Shown here piece after piece: positions 7,691 to 16,198 of a stretch of DNA of 42,748 nt. The translations under genes and the position numbers were made by a program. Source of the DNA: a virus. Each line of letters opens with the position of its first letter. Positions within the stretch are counted from its first letter, which is position 1. Below the pieces are notes generated by a model. That model was not told where the DNA came from. It did no database searches and saw only the letters and a program-made list of their open reading frames with translations. The stretch is taken from the UHGV virus genome UHGV-1372698. The stretch is one strand, 5' to 3'.

Positions 7691-8582
7691 TGTTTTCGGG
7701 GCGCGTTTTCCTGTGATGGTAGCGGGCAGTGTTCGCTCCGTCACAGGGTGGCGCGCCACTAGCGTAAACCTCAACGATTTCGCCGCACTGTGCGAGGCGC
7801 CCCAGAAATGTGAGAAGTATGATGCTCCAGCTTTTTTCGCTGGCATTCTTTCGGGGGGGAGGCGGCAGAAGAGGAATTTCGTGTCCCGGTCGGCGATTGT
7901 TTTGGATGCGGATCATGGGTCGCGGAAAGATTTTGTCGGGGATCGTATGCGGTCGGCGAATCTTGCCGGCATTGTGTGGGAGACGGCTTCGTCGTCTTTC
8001 CCGTCCCCAAGGTTTCGTGTCGTTCTGCCGTGTACTCGCAGCATGACGATAAGAGAGTGCGAGGTGATCGGCAGAACGTGCTTCAGTGTATTGAGGCCCG
8101 TGGCCCAGTGGGACGGGTCGTGCGCCGAGGCGTCCCGAGCTTTCTTTTTGCCGTCGCATCGTCTTGGGTTGAGGGTGCGTCATTGGCTCATTGATGGTGC
8201 CCGTTTGAATGTTGATAAATGGTTGGAGAATATTGGGTATGAGGAGAAGAATGATGATATTTCTTCGGTTTCTGTGCCCGATGGCGGTTATGGTGGTGTG
8301 ATTGGCGAGTTCAATTCAAAGTATGGGTTTAATGATCTCGTTGGTTTGTTTGGTTGGCCGTATGAGTCGGTGGGTAGGCGGTGGCGGTATGCGCGTGGCG
8401 GTGATACGGCGCCAGGTGTGACGATGCTGGACAGTGGTCTGGTCTACTCGCATCATGCGGATGATCCGCTCGCGGACGGGCGGGCGCACACGGCGTTCGA
8501 TTGTATGCGGTTGCTGGAGTGTGGCGGTGACGTGGGCATGGCTGTGGGGAGGGCGTTGTCTCTCCTCCAACTGGAGATGTGA
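7683..8582 (+). CDS. hypothetical protein, possible AEP-type primase-like (DxD motif)
   Basis: 299-aa ORF overlapping the upstream stop. IVLDADHG resembles AEP primase motif I; other motifs not recognised. Confidence 0.35.
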   Translation: MSDVFGARFPVMVAGSVRSVTGWRATSVNLNDFAALCEAPQKCEKYDAPAFFAGILSGGRRQKRNFVSRSAIVLDADHGSRKDFVGDRMRSANLAGIVWETASSSFPSPRFRVVLPCTRSMTIRECEVIGRTCFSVLRPVAQWDGSCAEASRAFFLPSHRLGLRVRHWLIDGARLNVDKWLENIGYEEKNDDISSVSVPDGGYGGVIGEFNSKYGFNDLVGLFGWPYESVGRRWRYARGGDTAPGVTMLDSGLVYSHHADDPLADGRAHTAFDCMRLLECGGDVGMAVGRALSLLQLEM

Positions 8583-8683
8583 GCGGTGTCACGCCCCTGT
8601 GGGTTGACGAGGGCGTGCACGGCCCGCCTATACTAGAGCCGTCACCGAGAGACGGTGACAGTACGAAGAGAAGAGAAGAGATT

Positions 8684-8896
8684 ATGGACACCATCGCTCG
8701 TCGCAGCACCCGGGACGACGTCATCATGTACGACATCATCCCTACACTTGACCAGATGGACGATTACGATGTTGCTGCGATCGCCGATGATGTGATCGGA
8801 CAGTACTTCTCCGCCACGGGCACCCCCTACTATGTGGTGGACGTTGACGAGGACGCCTACTGGGACGCCGTGCAGCGTCACGCCATCGCCCGCTGA
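8684..8896 (+). CDS. hypothetical acidic protein
   Basis: ATG preceded by AAGAGAAGAGAAGAGATT. Followed by a terminator hairpin. Confidence 0.5.
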   Translation: MDTIARRSTRDDVIMYDIIPTLDQMDDYDVAAIADDVIGQYFSATGTPYYVVDVDEDAYWDAVQRHAIAR

Positions 8897-8910
8897 CTGC
8901 ACACGCCGAA

Positions 8911-8942
8911 CCCCGTCCCGCTGGCAATGGCGGGGCGGGGTT
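8911..8942 (+). terminator. GC-rich hairpin (11-bp stem with one G-U wobble) after the 8684..8896 gene
   Basis: CCCCGTCCCGC-TGGCAATG-GCGGGGCGGGG followed by TTCCT. Confidence 0.5.
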
Positions 8943-9029
8943 CCTCATATCGGAAAGGAAAAAAGAGGGTGACATGTCTCGTGTTCACGCTCGCCATTTG
9001 TCTGCTAGTGATTGTTTGGACGAATTTCA

Positions 9030-10424
9030 ATGATTAGTATTCAACCCACGGTTGTGCAGGAAAGAGAAATCAATCGTACCGTCACCGCGATTCGGTGCGG
9101 TGGCGGTGCTTTGCTGGCGTGGGAGCCTGGCTGCGGAAAAACATACGGCGCCATCTGGATCACACAAAACCTTGATGCGGCCAGGCGGGTCATCATCGTG
9201 TGCCCGAAACGTGTCATTCCGTCATGGCAGACCAGTATCAAGATTATTACCGGTCAGGAAGCGAGAGTGCTGTCTCGCGCTACCAAGGCGGGGCGCGCCA
9301 ACATTGAGGGCATGTTGAACGGCGAGGATGGTTGGTGGATCATTAATTTCGAAATGTTGGTTTCCCTGGGAAAGGCGGTAGAGGCGAAGAAATGGCCGTC
9401 CGTTTCTTTCTCGAAGAAAGCGTTCGACATGGTGGTCGTGGATGAGGTGCACCGTATTGCGAATCATCGCACTCAGTCTTTCCGGGCCGTGAAAGCGTTG
9501 AAGTCGAGGTATCGTCTTGGCTTGTCGGGGACACCTGCCGGCAATAAACCCGTCAATATTTACGGTGTCCTCAAATTCCTGAACCCGGATAGCGTTGACC
9601 GTAGTTTCTACCGGTTTGCTGACGAGTTTTTTGTTTCTGAATTCAATCCTTTCGCGGCCTCTCGGTATGCCAGGATTTATGGTGGCGAAAAGACGCCCGG
9701 CGCTCTCCGTGATTCCGTGGGCGATGTTTGGTCTGCGATGCGGGGTGACGAGGTTTTCGGGGACCTTCCGCCCGTTAATGTTCAACGCGTCACCTGTGGG
9801 ATGCGGCGTGAACAGAAGAGAATGTATCGGGAGTTTGCGGATCATCGTTTAGCGATTATGGATGGTGGGGCCAGCGTTGCCTCGTCCGCCGCCGTTCTAG
9901 ACGGGCGCCTCAGACAGATTACTCTCGGACCACTGAGAATCGTGGACGATAGTGTCGAGTTCGAGGAGCGAGGGTCGTCGAAGATCGATGCCGCCCTTGA
10001 TATTCTGTCTGATCTTCCGTCGGACGAGAAGGTTATTCTATGGTGTCACTCGCGTAAATTTATGACGCCGTTGCGGAAACGACTGGCCGACGCCGGCTAT
10101 CAGAGCGTTGAGCTGTCCAGCGATTACCATGATGAGTGGCGGCAGTTTTTGGGGCCCGATGGACCGAGGATTCTTTGTGCCGTTATTGCGGCTGCTGCCG
10201 AAGGGATTGACGGTCTGCAGGATGTTTGCAATACTGAGATTTGGTTGAGTGAGGACAATAGTGTGATTTTGAATTTACAGGCGTCTGCCCGTTTGAATCG
10301 TAAAGGGCAGACAAGGAGGGTGAATCGTTTTCTTTTGCAGTGCGAGAATACTGTTGACGTGACGGCCGTGGAGCCCAGGTTAGCGGCAGGGTATGAGCGT
10401 CTGCGTGAGAGCGGCCTCATATGA
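9030..10424 (+). CDS. SNF2/RAD54-family DNA helicase
   Basis: Walker A EPGCGKTYGA, DExH box VVVDEVHRI, SNF2 motif LSGTPAGN, C-terminal motif VI QASARLNRKGQTRRV. ATG at 9030 overlaps (ATGA) the stop of a 19-codon upstream ORF with a strong SD. Alternative ATG at 9012. Confidence 0.8.
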   Translation: MISIQPTVVQEREINRTVTAIRCGGGALLAWEPGCGKTYGAIWITQNLDAARRVIIVCPKRVIPSWQTSIKIITGQEARVLSRATKAGRANIEGMLNGEDGWWIINFEMLVSLGKAVEAKKWPSVSFSKKAFDMVVVDEVHRIANHRTQSFRAVKALKSRYRLGLSGTPAGNKPVNIYGVLKFLNPDSVDRSFYRFADEFFVSEFNPFAASRYARIYGGEKTPGALRDSVGDVWSAMRGDEVFGDLPPVNVQRVTCGMRREQKRMYREFADHRLAIMDGGASVASSAAVLDGRLRQITLGPLRIVDDSVEFEERGSSKIDAALDILSDLPSDEKVILWCHSRKFMTPLRKRLADAGYQSVELSSDYHDEWRQFLGPDGPRILCAVIAAAAEGIDGLQDVCNTEIWLSEDNSVILNLQASARLNRKGQTRRVNRFLLQCENTVDVTAVEPRLAAGYERLRESGLI

Positions 10425-10452
10425 GATGCGATAGACGCCACGCCCACATGGG

Positions 10453-10482
10453 TTGCGCACACTGCCGTCACACGAATACAGT
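10453..10482 (+). promoter_or_regulatory. predicted internal promoter: TTGCGC, 18-nt spacer, TACAGT, ATG 7 nt downstream (leaderless)
   Basis: TACAGTAGA shared with the early promoter copy at 2378. Confidence 0.4.
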
Positions 10483-10489
10483 AGATGCC

Positions 10490-10741
10490 ATGAAGAAAGA
10501 AGCACACATCAGCTCGAACATTCATCTAGTACGACGCCGCATGACAGGCACCATTCGGGACATTCTCGTATCCGACGACAGCGAACTTGTCGGCAGGAAT
10601 TTCCTGACCGTCACCCCCGTGGACGACGGGCACTCAGACATTAACGTCATCCATGTCACGGCGGACAACATTAACATTGTACGCGGCATGGCCACCAATA
10701 ACAGCCTCGACATTTACGAACTCATTGCGACGGAGGAGTGA
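10490..10741 (+). CDS. hypothetical protein (probably leaderless)
   Basis: ATG at 10490 lies 7 nt downstream of a TACAGT -10 copy. In frame with ORF 10421..10741. Confidence 0.45.
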   Translation: MKKEAHISSNIHLVRRRMTGTIRDILVSDDSELVGRNFLTVTPVDDGHSDINVIHVTADNINIVRGMATNNSLDIYELIATEE

Positions 10742-10749
10742 AAAATATT

Positions 10750-10956
10750 ATGCGCATCACACAGGGCACCACGATTGATGAGATCGCCGGCCGCACCATT
10801 ATCCTTAAATGGCCGACACAGTTCGGCGTCAAGACAATGCAATTGCACGTGCCCAACATTCGATCGGAGAACATCTGGCGGATCCAATGCTATGCAGCCG
10901 TCATTTCCACGGCAATCGAGGAGCGGGCCGGCCTCACAGCAACCATCATCGAATAA
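10750..10956 (+). CDS. hypothetical protein
   Basis: ATG 10 nt after GGAGGAG. Alternative GTG start at 10738. Confidence 0.45.
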   Translation: MRITQGTTIDEIAGRTIILKWPTQFGVKTMQLHVPNIRSENIWRIQCYAAVISTAIEERAGLTATIIE

Positions 10957-11001
10957 CACACCACTAATCAACATTACAAGGAAGAGAGAGTAAAAACACT
11001 A

Positions 11002-11268
11002 ATGGGCGTCTACCTAGTGTGGGAATCGTCACAGAAGGGTGACTACCGGGTCTATTCGAATCTCGAGCAAGCAGCAATGCGGGCAGAAGAGCTCAACGGC
11101 ACCGTCTACGAAATCATGCCAGCCGGCGACGCAAGACTATTCTTCATTGAAGATATTGCGAGCGGGGACATTGAAGTTCACCGCGACGTCAGGGTCGCCG
11201 CCATCGCCGCAATTCAGGAAGGGGAGAAATTTGAATTTGAGCCCAGCCGCCGCAACAGCGGTCAGTAA
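11002..11268 (+). CDS. hypothetical protein
   Basis: ATG preceded by AAGGAAGAGAGAGTAAAAACACTA. Confidence 0.5.
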   Translation: MGVYLVWESSQKGDYRVYSNLEQAAMRAEELNGTVYEIMPAGDARLFFIEDIASGDIEVHRDVRVAAIAAIQEGEKFEFEPSRRNSGQ

Positions 11269-11980
11269 AGTTTTCGCCCCAACAGAACGCGACAAACAAA
11301 CGCGCATCGGCGTGAGCGAGATCGGAGACGATTGCGAACGGTGCATTGCCGACAAGCTCCTCGGAATCCCGCACAATAGCGGAAGTACGGGCGCCCCTCT
11401 GGCGCCTTTTCTCGGCACCGCGTTTCACGCTTTCGCGGAATCACGCACAAAAGCTGAGCCGAATGTTCTAGTGGAGCAGAGAGTAGAGGTATGTAATCTT
11501 GAAGAGTATGGGCGTATTTCTGGGAGTGTGGATCGTTTCGATATTGCGGCGGCGACGGTCCTAGACTGGAAACTACTCTCGCGGAAAAAGATTTCCGCAT
11601 TCAAGAAGAACGTCAAACGGGACAGTGAGTTGCCTCAGTTCGCTAACACGATAGCGGGCGCACAATTCCGTAAATACTACATTCAAATAATGCTCTACGG
11701 ATACGGCCTCACACTGCTCGGACATGAAGTGGCTCACTGTTCCATCGTCGCCCTTCCAAGGGACTGCAGTGTAGAGGTAGTGCCGGACAGTATTTGCGAG
11801 TTTTCTTTCCCATGGCGGCGGGATGTCGCGCTCGCGGCCATAGAGAGACTCCGAAACATTTGGGAGAGAGCAAGATCACACGACAGTGGTGTTGACAGTC
11901 TCCAATCGTCCCCTCTATGTTGGTACTGCTCACATGAGCGCCACACAGAAGCATTCAAAAACTACAATATGAACGGTTAG
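11237..11980 (+). CDS. Cas4-like / RecB-family PD-(D/E)XK exonuclease
   Basis: N-terminal Cys pair (DDCERC), catalytic-type motifs VDRFDI and LDWKLL, C-terminal Cys cluster (CWYCSH). TTG start 9 nt after GGAGA, overlapping the upstream gene. Gene pair with a Sak4-like ATPase is typical. Confidence 0.65.
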   Translation: MSPAAATAVSKVFAPTERDKQTRIGVSEIGDDCERCIADKLLGIPHNSGSTGAPLAPFLGTAFHAFAESRTKAEPNVLVEQRVEVCNLEEYGRISGSVDRFDIAAATVLDWKLLSRKKISAFKKNVKRDSELPQFANTIAGAQFRKYYIQIMLYGYGLTLLGHEVAHCSIVALPRDCSVEVVPDSICEFSFPWRRDVALAAIERLRNIWERARSHDSGVDSLQSSPLCWYCSHERHTEAFKNYNMNG

Positions 11981-11996
11981 GAGGTGAAAAATCATT

Positions 11997-12737
11997 ATGA
12001 CTTTCGAGGACACTCTCGCCCGTCTCGGAATGACGGTCGTGAACCCGGAGCAGAATAATCATTTCAACATGCTCATTCATGGTGTGAGTGGTGTCGGCAA
12101 AACATCACTTGCAGCCACGGCATCACAGGTGGACGACATGTCACCCGTCCTGTACGTTGATTTCGAATCCGGCACACTCCCGGTACGAGATTGGGGAAAC
12201 CCCGCAAACATCACTGTCGTGCATTGCGACAAGTGGGTTGATTGCGCCAATCTTTGCGACAATATTGCACGCAATCTTACAGAATTCCCATACAGGACAG
12301 TAGTGTTCGACACGCTGGACAAGTGTCAGGAACTTATCCTGACCCACTATGAGACTGTGTCGAATGACACGTGGACGAAATGGCGGGCAGTATACGATTC
12401 GCTGTTGAAGGCGATCAGCGTATTCCTGGACGCCCCCGACATTTCATTCATTGCTATCACGCATTCCGCACGCGAGAGCAGTGAGGTTACTGGGGAAGTT
12501 TTCATTGCGCCATCCTTCGAGGGGCAGAAATCTGGGCAGCGCATCCCCGCCCTGTTCAACTTCGTCGGCTACATGGAATGGGCGAACGTGGACAATGGGG
12601 ACGGGGAAGAAATCACCGTGCCAGTCCTATACACTCGCAAACCCAACGTTGTGACAAAACAACAGACGCTCGGGTTCCCGCCAGCAATGGGGAACCCGAG
12701 CATGACCAAGATTCACAATTACATCACTAGCCGCTAA
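11997..12737 (+). CDS. Sak4-like RecA-fold ATPase (AAA_24-type phage recombination ATPase)
   Basis: Walker A GVSGVGKTS near the N-terminus, Walker B-like VVFDTLD. GGAGGTGA RBS. Confidence 0.7.
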   Translation: MTFEDTLARLGMTVVNPEQNNHFNMLIHGVSGVGKTSLAATASQVDDMSPVLYVDFESGTLPVRDWGNPANITVVHCDKWVDCANLCDNIARNLTEFPYRTVVFDTLDKCQELILTHYETVSNDTWTKWRAVYDSLLKAISVFLDAPDISFIAITHSARESSEVTGEVFIAPSFEGQKSGQRIPALFNFVGYMEWANVDNGDGEEITVPVLYTRKPNVVTKQQTLGFPPAMGNPSMTKIHNYITSR

Positions 12738-12765
12738 CCAAAACATGAGAAGAGAGAAAACTATT

Positions 12766-12879
12766 ATGGCTAAGATCACTGTTACCGCCGACCGTGGTGT
12801 CTCCGCTGAGACTCTCGCTATCGCCGCCAACGCGATCAGGGAAGCACTCCACAGCAAGCCCGCCGACGGCGAGAACTGA
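12766..12879 (+). CDS. small hypothetical protein (37 aa)
   Basis: Not in the ORF track (<60 aa). ATG 5 nt after GAGAAGAGAGAAAACTATT leader motif, with in-frame TGA at 12877. Fills an intergenic gap. Confidence 0.3.
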   Translation: MAKITVTADRGVSAETLAIAANAIREALHSKPADGEN

Positions 12880-12929
12880 CCCAACCGCAATTCTTTTCGC
12901 CCACCACGATTCACAGGAGCACAATAATT

Positions 12930-13520
12930 ATGGCAACTGGCTTCAACTTCGGCACCGACCTTTCATCCCTGGAAGTCGCTACCGGCGGCGGCAATTTCGA
13001 GCCGCCCAAGCCCGGAAAGCACTCAGCATTCATCACTAAGGCTGAAATGACCACGTCCAAGAACGGCAGGCCGATGCTTGTCACCGATTGGATGATCGAC
13101 GGCGACGACGAGGACGCCGGAAAGGCCCTCACCGACCGCACAGTTTTCACTATCAACAAGAATGGGAAGACTTTCATCCATTTCAACATTCCGAAGTATT
13201 TCAGTGCCGCTGGTCTCTGGCCTGCCGACGCCAGGGAGCGGGCAGATCTTCTTTCACCGCAGAAGATCGACGCGACCGTGAAGAGAGTGTGCGAGAACCT
13301 GGAGGGCGCCCACGCAACATTGGTGACACGAATGAGTAAGCCCAGGCCTCGTCTGGACGATTACGGTCGCCCCGCATACGAGCAGGACGAGAACGGGATC
13401 ACAATCCTCGGCGAGGACGGTGCACCCAAGCCCGCTTTCTGGCCTCCAAGGGGAGAGATTTCTTCCATTGATTTCGAAGCCAAGAAAAATTCTGCGACCG
13501 CATCACCGGTAGTTTTCTGA
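12930..13520 (+). CDS. putative ssDNA-binding / recombination-associated protein (DUF669-like by position)
   Basis: 196-aa acidic protein directly after the Sak4-like ATPase, as SSB-like DUF669 proteins usually are. AGGAG RBS. Followed by a perfect 17-bp hairpin. Confidence 0.35.
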   Translation: MATGFNFGTDLSSLEVATGGGNFEPPKPGKHSAFITKAEMTTSKNGRPMLVTDWMIDGDDEDAGKALTDRTVFTINKNGKTFIHFNIPKYFSAAGLWPADARERADLLSPQKIDATVKRVCENLEGAHATLVTRMSKPRPRLDDYGRPAYEQDENGITILGEDGAPKPAFWPPRGEISSIDFEAKKNSATASPVVF

Positions 13521-13540
13521 CACACGCGGTCGCATGACTT

Positions 13541-13578
13541 GAATAGCGGGGGCAACATGATTGTTGCCCCCGCTATTC
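13541..13578. terminator. perfect 17-bp stem / 4-nt loop hairpin (GAATAGCGGGGGCAACA tgat TGTTGCCCCCGCTATTC)
   Basis: Immediately after the SSB-like gene. The TTG of ORF 13561 lies inside it. Confidence 0.6.
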
Positions 13579-13608
13579 AACCAAAAAGAGAGAAGAGAGA
13601 AAACACGA

Positions 13609-14664
13609 ATGATGCAACCTTCATACAAACTGTACAGGCTAGCCGCTAACAGATTGGAGCGGCTTCAAACAAGTGTCCCCAGCGGGGAGTTCCTTTTCCC
13701 TTCAGTGGATGATGCCCTAGAATGGTGCTTCACCTACTTGGAGATTCCCGAGGACAAGAAATGGCGTTTCGTGCGCCCCGACATTACCAAGCCAATCGCC
13801 CCGTGCAACCTTGACGTGGCACTAGATCATACGCCGGATATGCCGTATTTGCGCTACCATCGCAAAGCGAATGAGACGCTCATGCCGAGCCGTTCCTACA
13901 ACGATATTCGCCTCAATATTTGGGCGTGGCGAGAGGAGAACGGTGTGGATAATTTTGAGTTCGACGGCATGATGTCAGCTATCGAATGGTGCTACAACGA
14001 ATTCAACCCATCGGTTGTGTTCGAATGGGAATTCGCAACCGAGAACGGGGTATTTCGCCCTGGCGAAATCTCTATCATACGTACCAAGACAAGAAAGAAA
14101 GGTCGCAACCGCCGTATTCTCCATCCGGTCAAGCCAGTAAACAAGAACTTGACCGGGGAGGAGCCGGAAATGGTGGGACGCCGTTTTCGGCAGTGGGAGG
14201 TCACGTCCTCTGAGTACAGGTTCATGAGTGATCACCATAAGTATTTTCATATGCGTTGCGTGAATTGCGGGGAAGAGAAGTGGATTCGTGTCTCGCGTTT
14301 CAGTGGCGGCGAACCTGTGAATTGCCCGTGTACTAGCTCATCGCTTCGCATGTACAAGGAACTGCCGAAATGGCTCACCCCTTCACTCATGCGACGCATT
14401 TATGACCTGAAAAGATACATTCCGAAAGAGGACTTCCATTTCGATTCTCCACAGGATTGTGCAATATGGTGTTATAAGAATCTGCCTTTCCCGGACGACC
14501 CGGATACGCCGTGGACTCTGAAAAAGGGGCGAGGCAAGCCGATGGCGCCGGAGACACTGTGGCTCAAGGTAGACGGAGTGCGTTCGGATACGGTGAAGAG
14601 TATTGCTGCCGTGAACAAGTCGCGGCGAAGCCTACGAAAGACTAAGGGAGGAGGAAAGGCATGA
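13609..14664 (+). CDS. zinc-ribbon-containing hypothetical protein
   Basis: ATG preceded by AAAAAGAGAGAAGAGAGAAAACACGA. Contains RCVNCGEEKW...VNCPC. Confidence 0.5.
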   Translation: MMQPSYKLYRLAANRLERLQTSVPSGEFLFPSVDDALEWCFTYLEIPEDKKWRFVRPDITKPIAPCNLDVALDHTPDMPYLRYHRKANETLMPSRSYNDIRLNIWAWREENGVDNFEFDGMMSAIEWCYNEFNPSVVFEWEFATENGVFRPGEISIIRTKTRKKGRNRRILHPVKPVNKNLTGEEPEMVGRRFRQWEVTSSEYRFMSDHHKYFHMRCVNCGEEKWIRVSRFSGGEPVNCPCTSSSLRMYKELPKWLTPSLMRRIYDLKRYIPKEDFHFDSPQDCAIWCYKNLPFPDDPDTPWTLKKGRGKPMAPETLWLKVDGVRSDTVKSIAAVNKSRRSLRKTKGGGKA

Positions 14665-15146
14665 TGCAGCGGGTGATGGCCGTCGACCCTGGCAAGTCAA
14701 CAGGAATCGTCATCGGAGACTTCCACGACGACCATGAGTCCTCAATCATTCATGTTCAACAATTCAAGTATGAGCATTGGACTGCCAGCGTCTACGATAT
14801 TCTGGCCACACGAAACGAATTCGCCCCAGACATTGTCGTGTGCGAACGGTTCGACCTTCGACCAGGCAACAATTTTCTCGCAGATCTCACCCCAGTGAAA
14901 ATCAACGCCGTGCTGGAATGGGAGATCGGGGACATTATCTGGCAGACTCCTGCAATGGCAAAAACAACCATGCCCGACCACGTTCTGAAGTCTCTCGATT
15001 TTTGGCCCACCGGAACCGACGTGGACCAGCCGGATGCGGACGACGCGCGGGATGCGGGGCGTCATCTTTTCCTGTGGGCAGTCACCAAGCGCCATGACGA
15101 GGCCGTGATCGCCCGTATCGTCGGAGACGACGCGGAGAGACGGTGA
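14661..15146 (+). CDS. RuvC-family Holliday junction resolvase
   Basis: N-terminal MAVDPGKSTGIVIG and C-terminal DADDARDAGRHL, both typical RuvC motifs. Strong GGGAGGAGGAAAGG RBS, ATGA overlap with the upstream gene. Confidence 0.7.
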   Translation: MMQRVMAVDPGKSTGIVIGDFHDDHESSIIHVQQFKYEHWTASVYDILATRNEFAPDIVVCERFDLRPGNNFLADLTPVKINAVLEWEIGDIIWQTPAMAKTTMPDHVLKSLDFWPTGTDVDQPDADDARDAGRHLFLWAVTKRHDEAVIARIVGDDAERR

Positions 15147-15229
15147 ATGTTTCACGTGAAACATGCCCCCGTGTTTCACGTGAAACATTACTGCCCCCTA
15201 CCGGACAGTCGGCAGGGGGCAGTAATGTT
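15147..15229. terminator. bidirectional terminator cassette 1: two copies of palindrome TGTTTCACGTGAAACA (15148-15163, 15172-15187) plus a 16-bp-stem hairpin AACATTACTGCCCCCT / AGGGGGCAGTAATGTT (15184-15229)
   Basis: Between the convergent plus early operon (stop 15146) and the minus lysis cassette (stop 15246). Confidence 0.7.
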
Positions 15230-15245
15230 CTATGAATGACGGAGG

Positions 15246-15479
15246 TCAGGCAACCTTGTCCTCAGTAGCCTCACCCTCACCGGCGGCGTGACGGCCAGTG
15301 GCCGCGCCGGGGCGCGTGTGATACGTAGCCAGTGCCAGAGTCAGAGCACCGATAATCTGGGTAGCAGCGTCAGCGTACTGAGACGCCTGATCCGCGGAAA
15401 TAACATTGAAAGCGGCGAAAACACCGAGAACGGCGGTGAGCAGAGCGTAAAGCGCCTTACGGACCTCAGGAGTAAACAT
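15246..15479 (-). CDS. small membrane protein, holin-like
   Basis: 77 aa with a hydrophobic core (ALYALLTAVLGVFAAFNVI ... IIGALTLALA). Last gene of the lysis cassette. Confidence 0.45.
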   Translation of the reverse strand: MFTPEVRKALYALLTAVLGVFAAFNVISADQASQYADAATQIIGALTLALATYHTRPGAATGRHAAGEGEATEDKVA

Positions 15480-15488
15480 GTTTATGAA

Positions 15489-15857
15489 TCACCTCATAGA
15501 TTCCGGAATTTGAGGCTCAGTAGGGATTGAGTCCTCTTTATCCGATGGTATCAGAATTTTCAGGGACCTGCCCCAATCGATAACAGTATGTGCGAAAGAG
15601 ACGGCTTCCCACCATTTTACTTCTGCTCGCCGGCGACCGTCTTCTGCCAGGTCTGCTGCTCTTTCGGCGGCCGCAAGGCTGGCCTCCAGGGCGGTTACTC
15701 TCTCGGAAAGAGATCGGACGGTAATGTCCAGGATTGAGATCTGTTCCTGGTCTCTCGCGTTTTTGCGTTGCGTTATATTCGAGAATATTGTGCCGGTAAG
15801 GGCGGCCAAAGCTACTAGGGTGGCGTCGGAGAGGACATTGTTCAGGAAATTGAGCAT
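15489..15857 (-). CDS. lysis-associated membrane/coiled-coil protein (holin or spanin-like)
   Basis: Start moved to MLNFLNN because the 15920 ATG lies inside a 13-bp hairpin. N-terminal TM (LVALAALTGTIF) then coiled coil. Confidence 0.4.
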   Translation of the reverse strand: MLNFLNNVLSDATLVALAALTGTIFSNITQRKNARDQEQISILDITVRSLSERVTALEASLAAAERAADLAEDGRRRAEVKWWEAVSFAHTVIDWGRSLKILIPSDKEDSIPTEPQIPESMR

Positions 15858-15913
15858 CGTATATCTAATGTCCTCTATTGTGATTGCTGTTGTAGGGCTA
15901 CAATAGGTATTAT

Positions 15914-15960
15914 ATAACATTCCCCGTCTAGCGTCGTCATTGCTAGGCGGGGAATGTTAT
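15914..15960. terminator. hairpin of the same family (13-bp perfect stem ATAACATTCCCCG / CGGGGAATGTTAT, 21-nt loop with inner 5-bp stem) between two holin-like genes
   Basis: Read directly. Shares the AACATT-CCCC arm design with cassettes 1 and 2. Confidence 0.5.
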
Positions 15961-15967
15961 GTTTTAG

Positions 15968-16198
15968 TTACTTTCTGTGGAAGCCAGGATGGTAGCCGAC
16001 AGTCCGCATGAACCGCACGGTGCGCACGGTGGCCCAAAGAATGACTGCACCAACACACCACAAAGAATCGCGAGTCACATTCATGGTGCCATTAGTGAAA
16101 TCTTCATACACCATGAGCGCCGTGTTTGCCGTCACCATGACGGCCGCAAAAGTGGTAGCCACATAAAGCGACTTAGTCACCCTAATTTTCACTTTCAT
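15968..16198 (-). CDS. small 2-TM membrane protein, holin candidate
   Basis: 76 aa with two hydrophobic segments. ATG sits 7 nt downstream of a TATATAAT -10-like element. Confidence 0.45.
   Translation of the reverse strand: MKVKIRVTKSLYVATTFAAVMVTANTALMVYEDFTNGTMNVTRDSLWCVGAVILWATVRTVRFMRTVGYHPGFHRK

Noticed and set aside
7112-8183. Minus-strand ORFs 7112..7846 and 7491..8183 overlapping the DUF3987-like and primase-like genes
   Set aside because: His/Arg/Pro-rich junk composition. They break the co-directional operon and have no start signals.
13561-13608. TTG start of ORF 13561..14664
   Set aside because: The TTG lies inside the perfect 17-bp hairpin. The ATG at 13609 has the conserved leader motif and is the likely start.
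14742-15188. ORF 14742..15188 (minus) and ORF 21866..22084 (plus), both beginning MFHVKH
   Set aside because: ATGTTTCACGTGAAACAT encodes MFHVKH in both orientations. These ORFs start inside the terminator palindromes and are artefacts of them.
15858-15920. ATG at 15920 as start of the coiled-coil membrane protein
   Set aside because: It lies within the 13-bp-stem hairpin. The downstream MLNFLNN start with an AGAGGA RBS is preferred.
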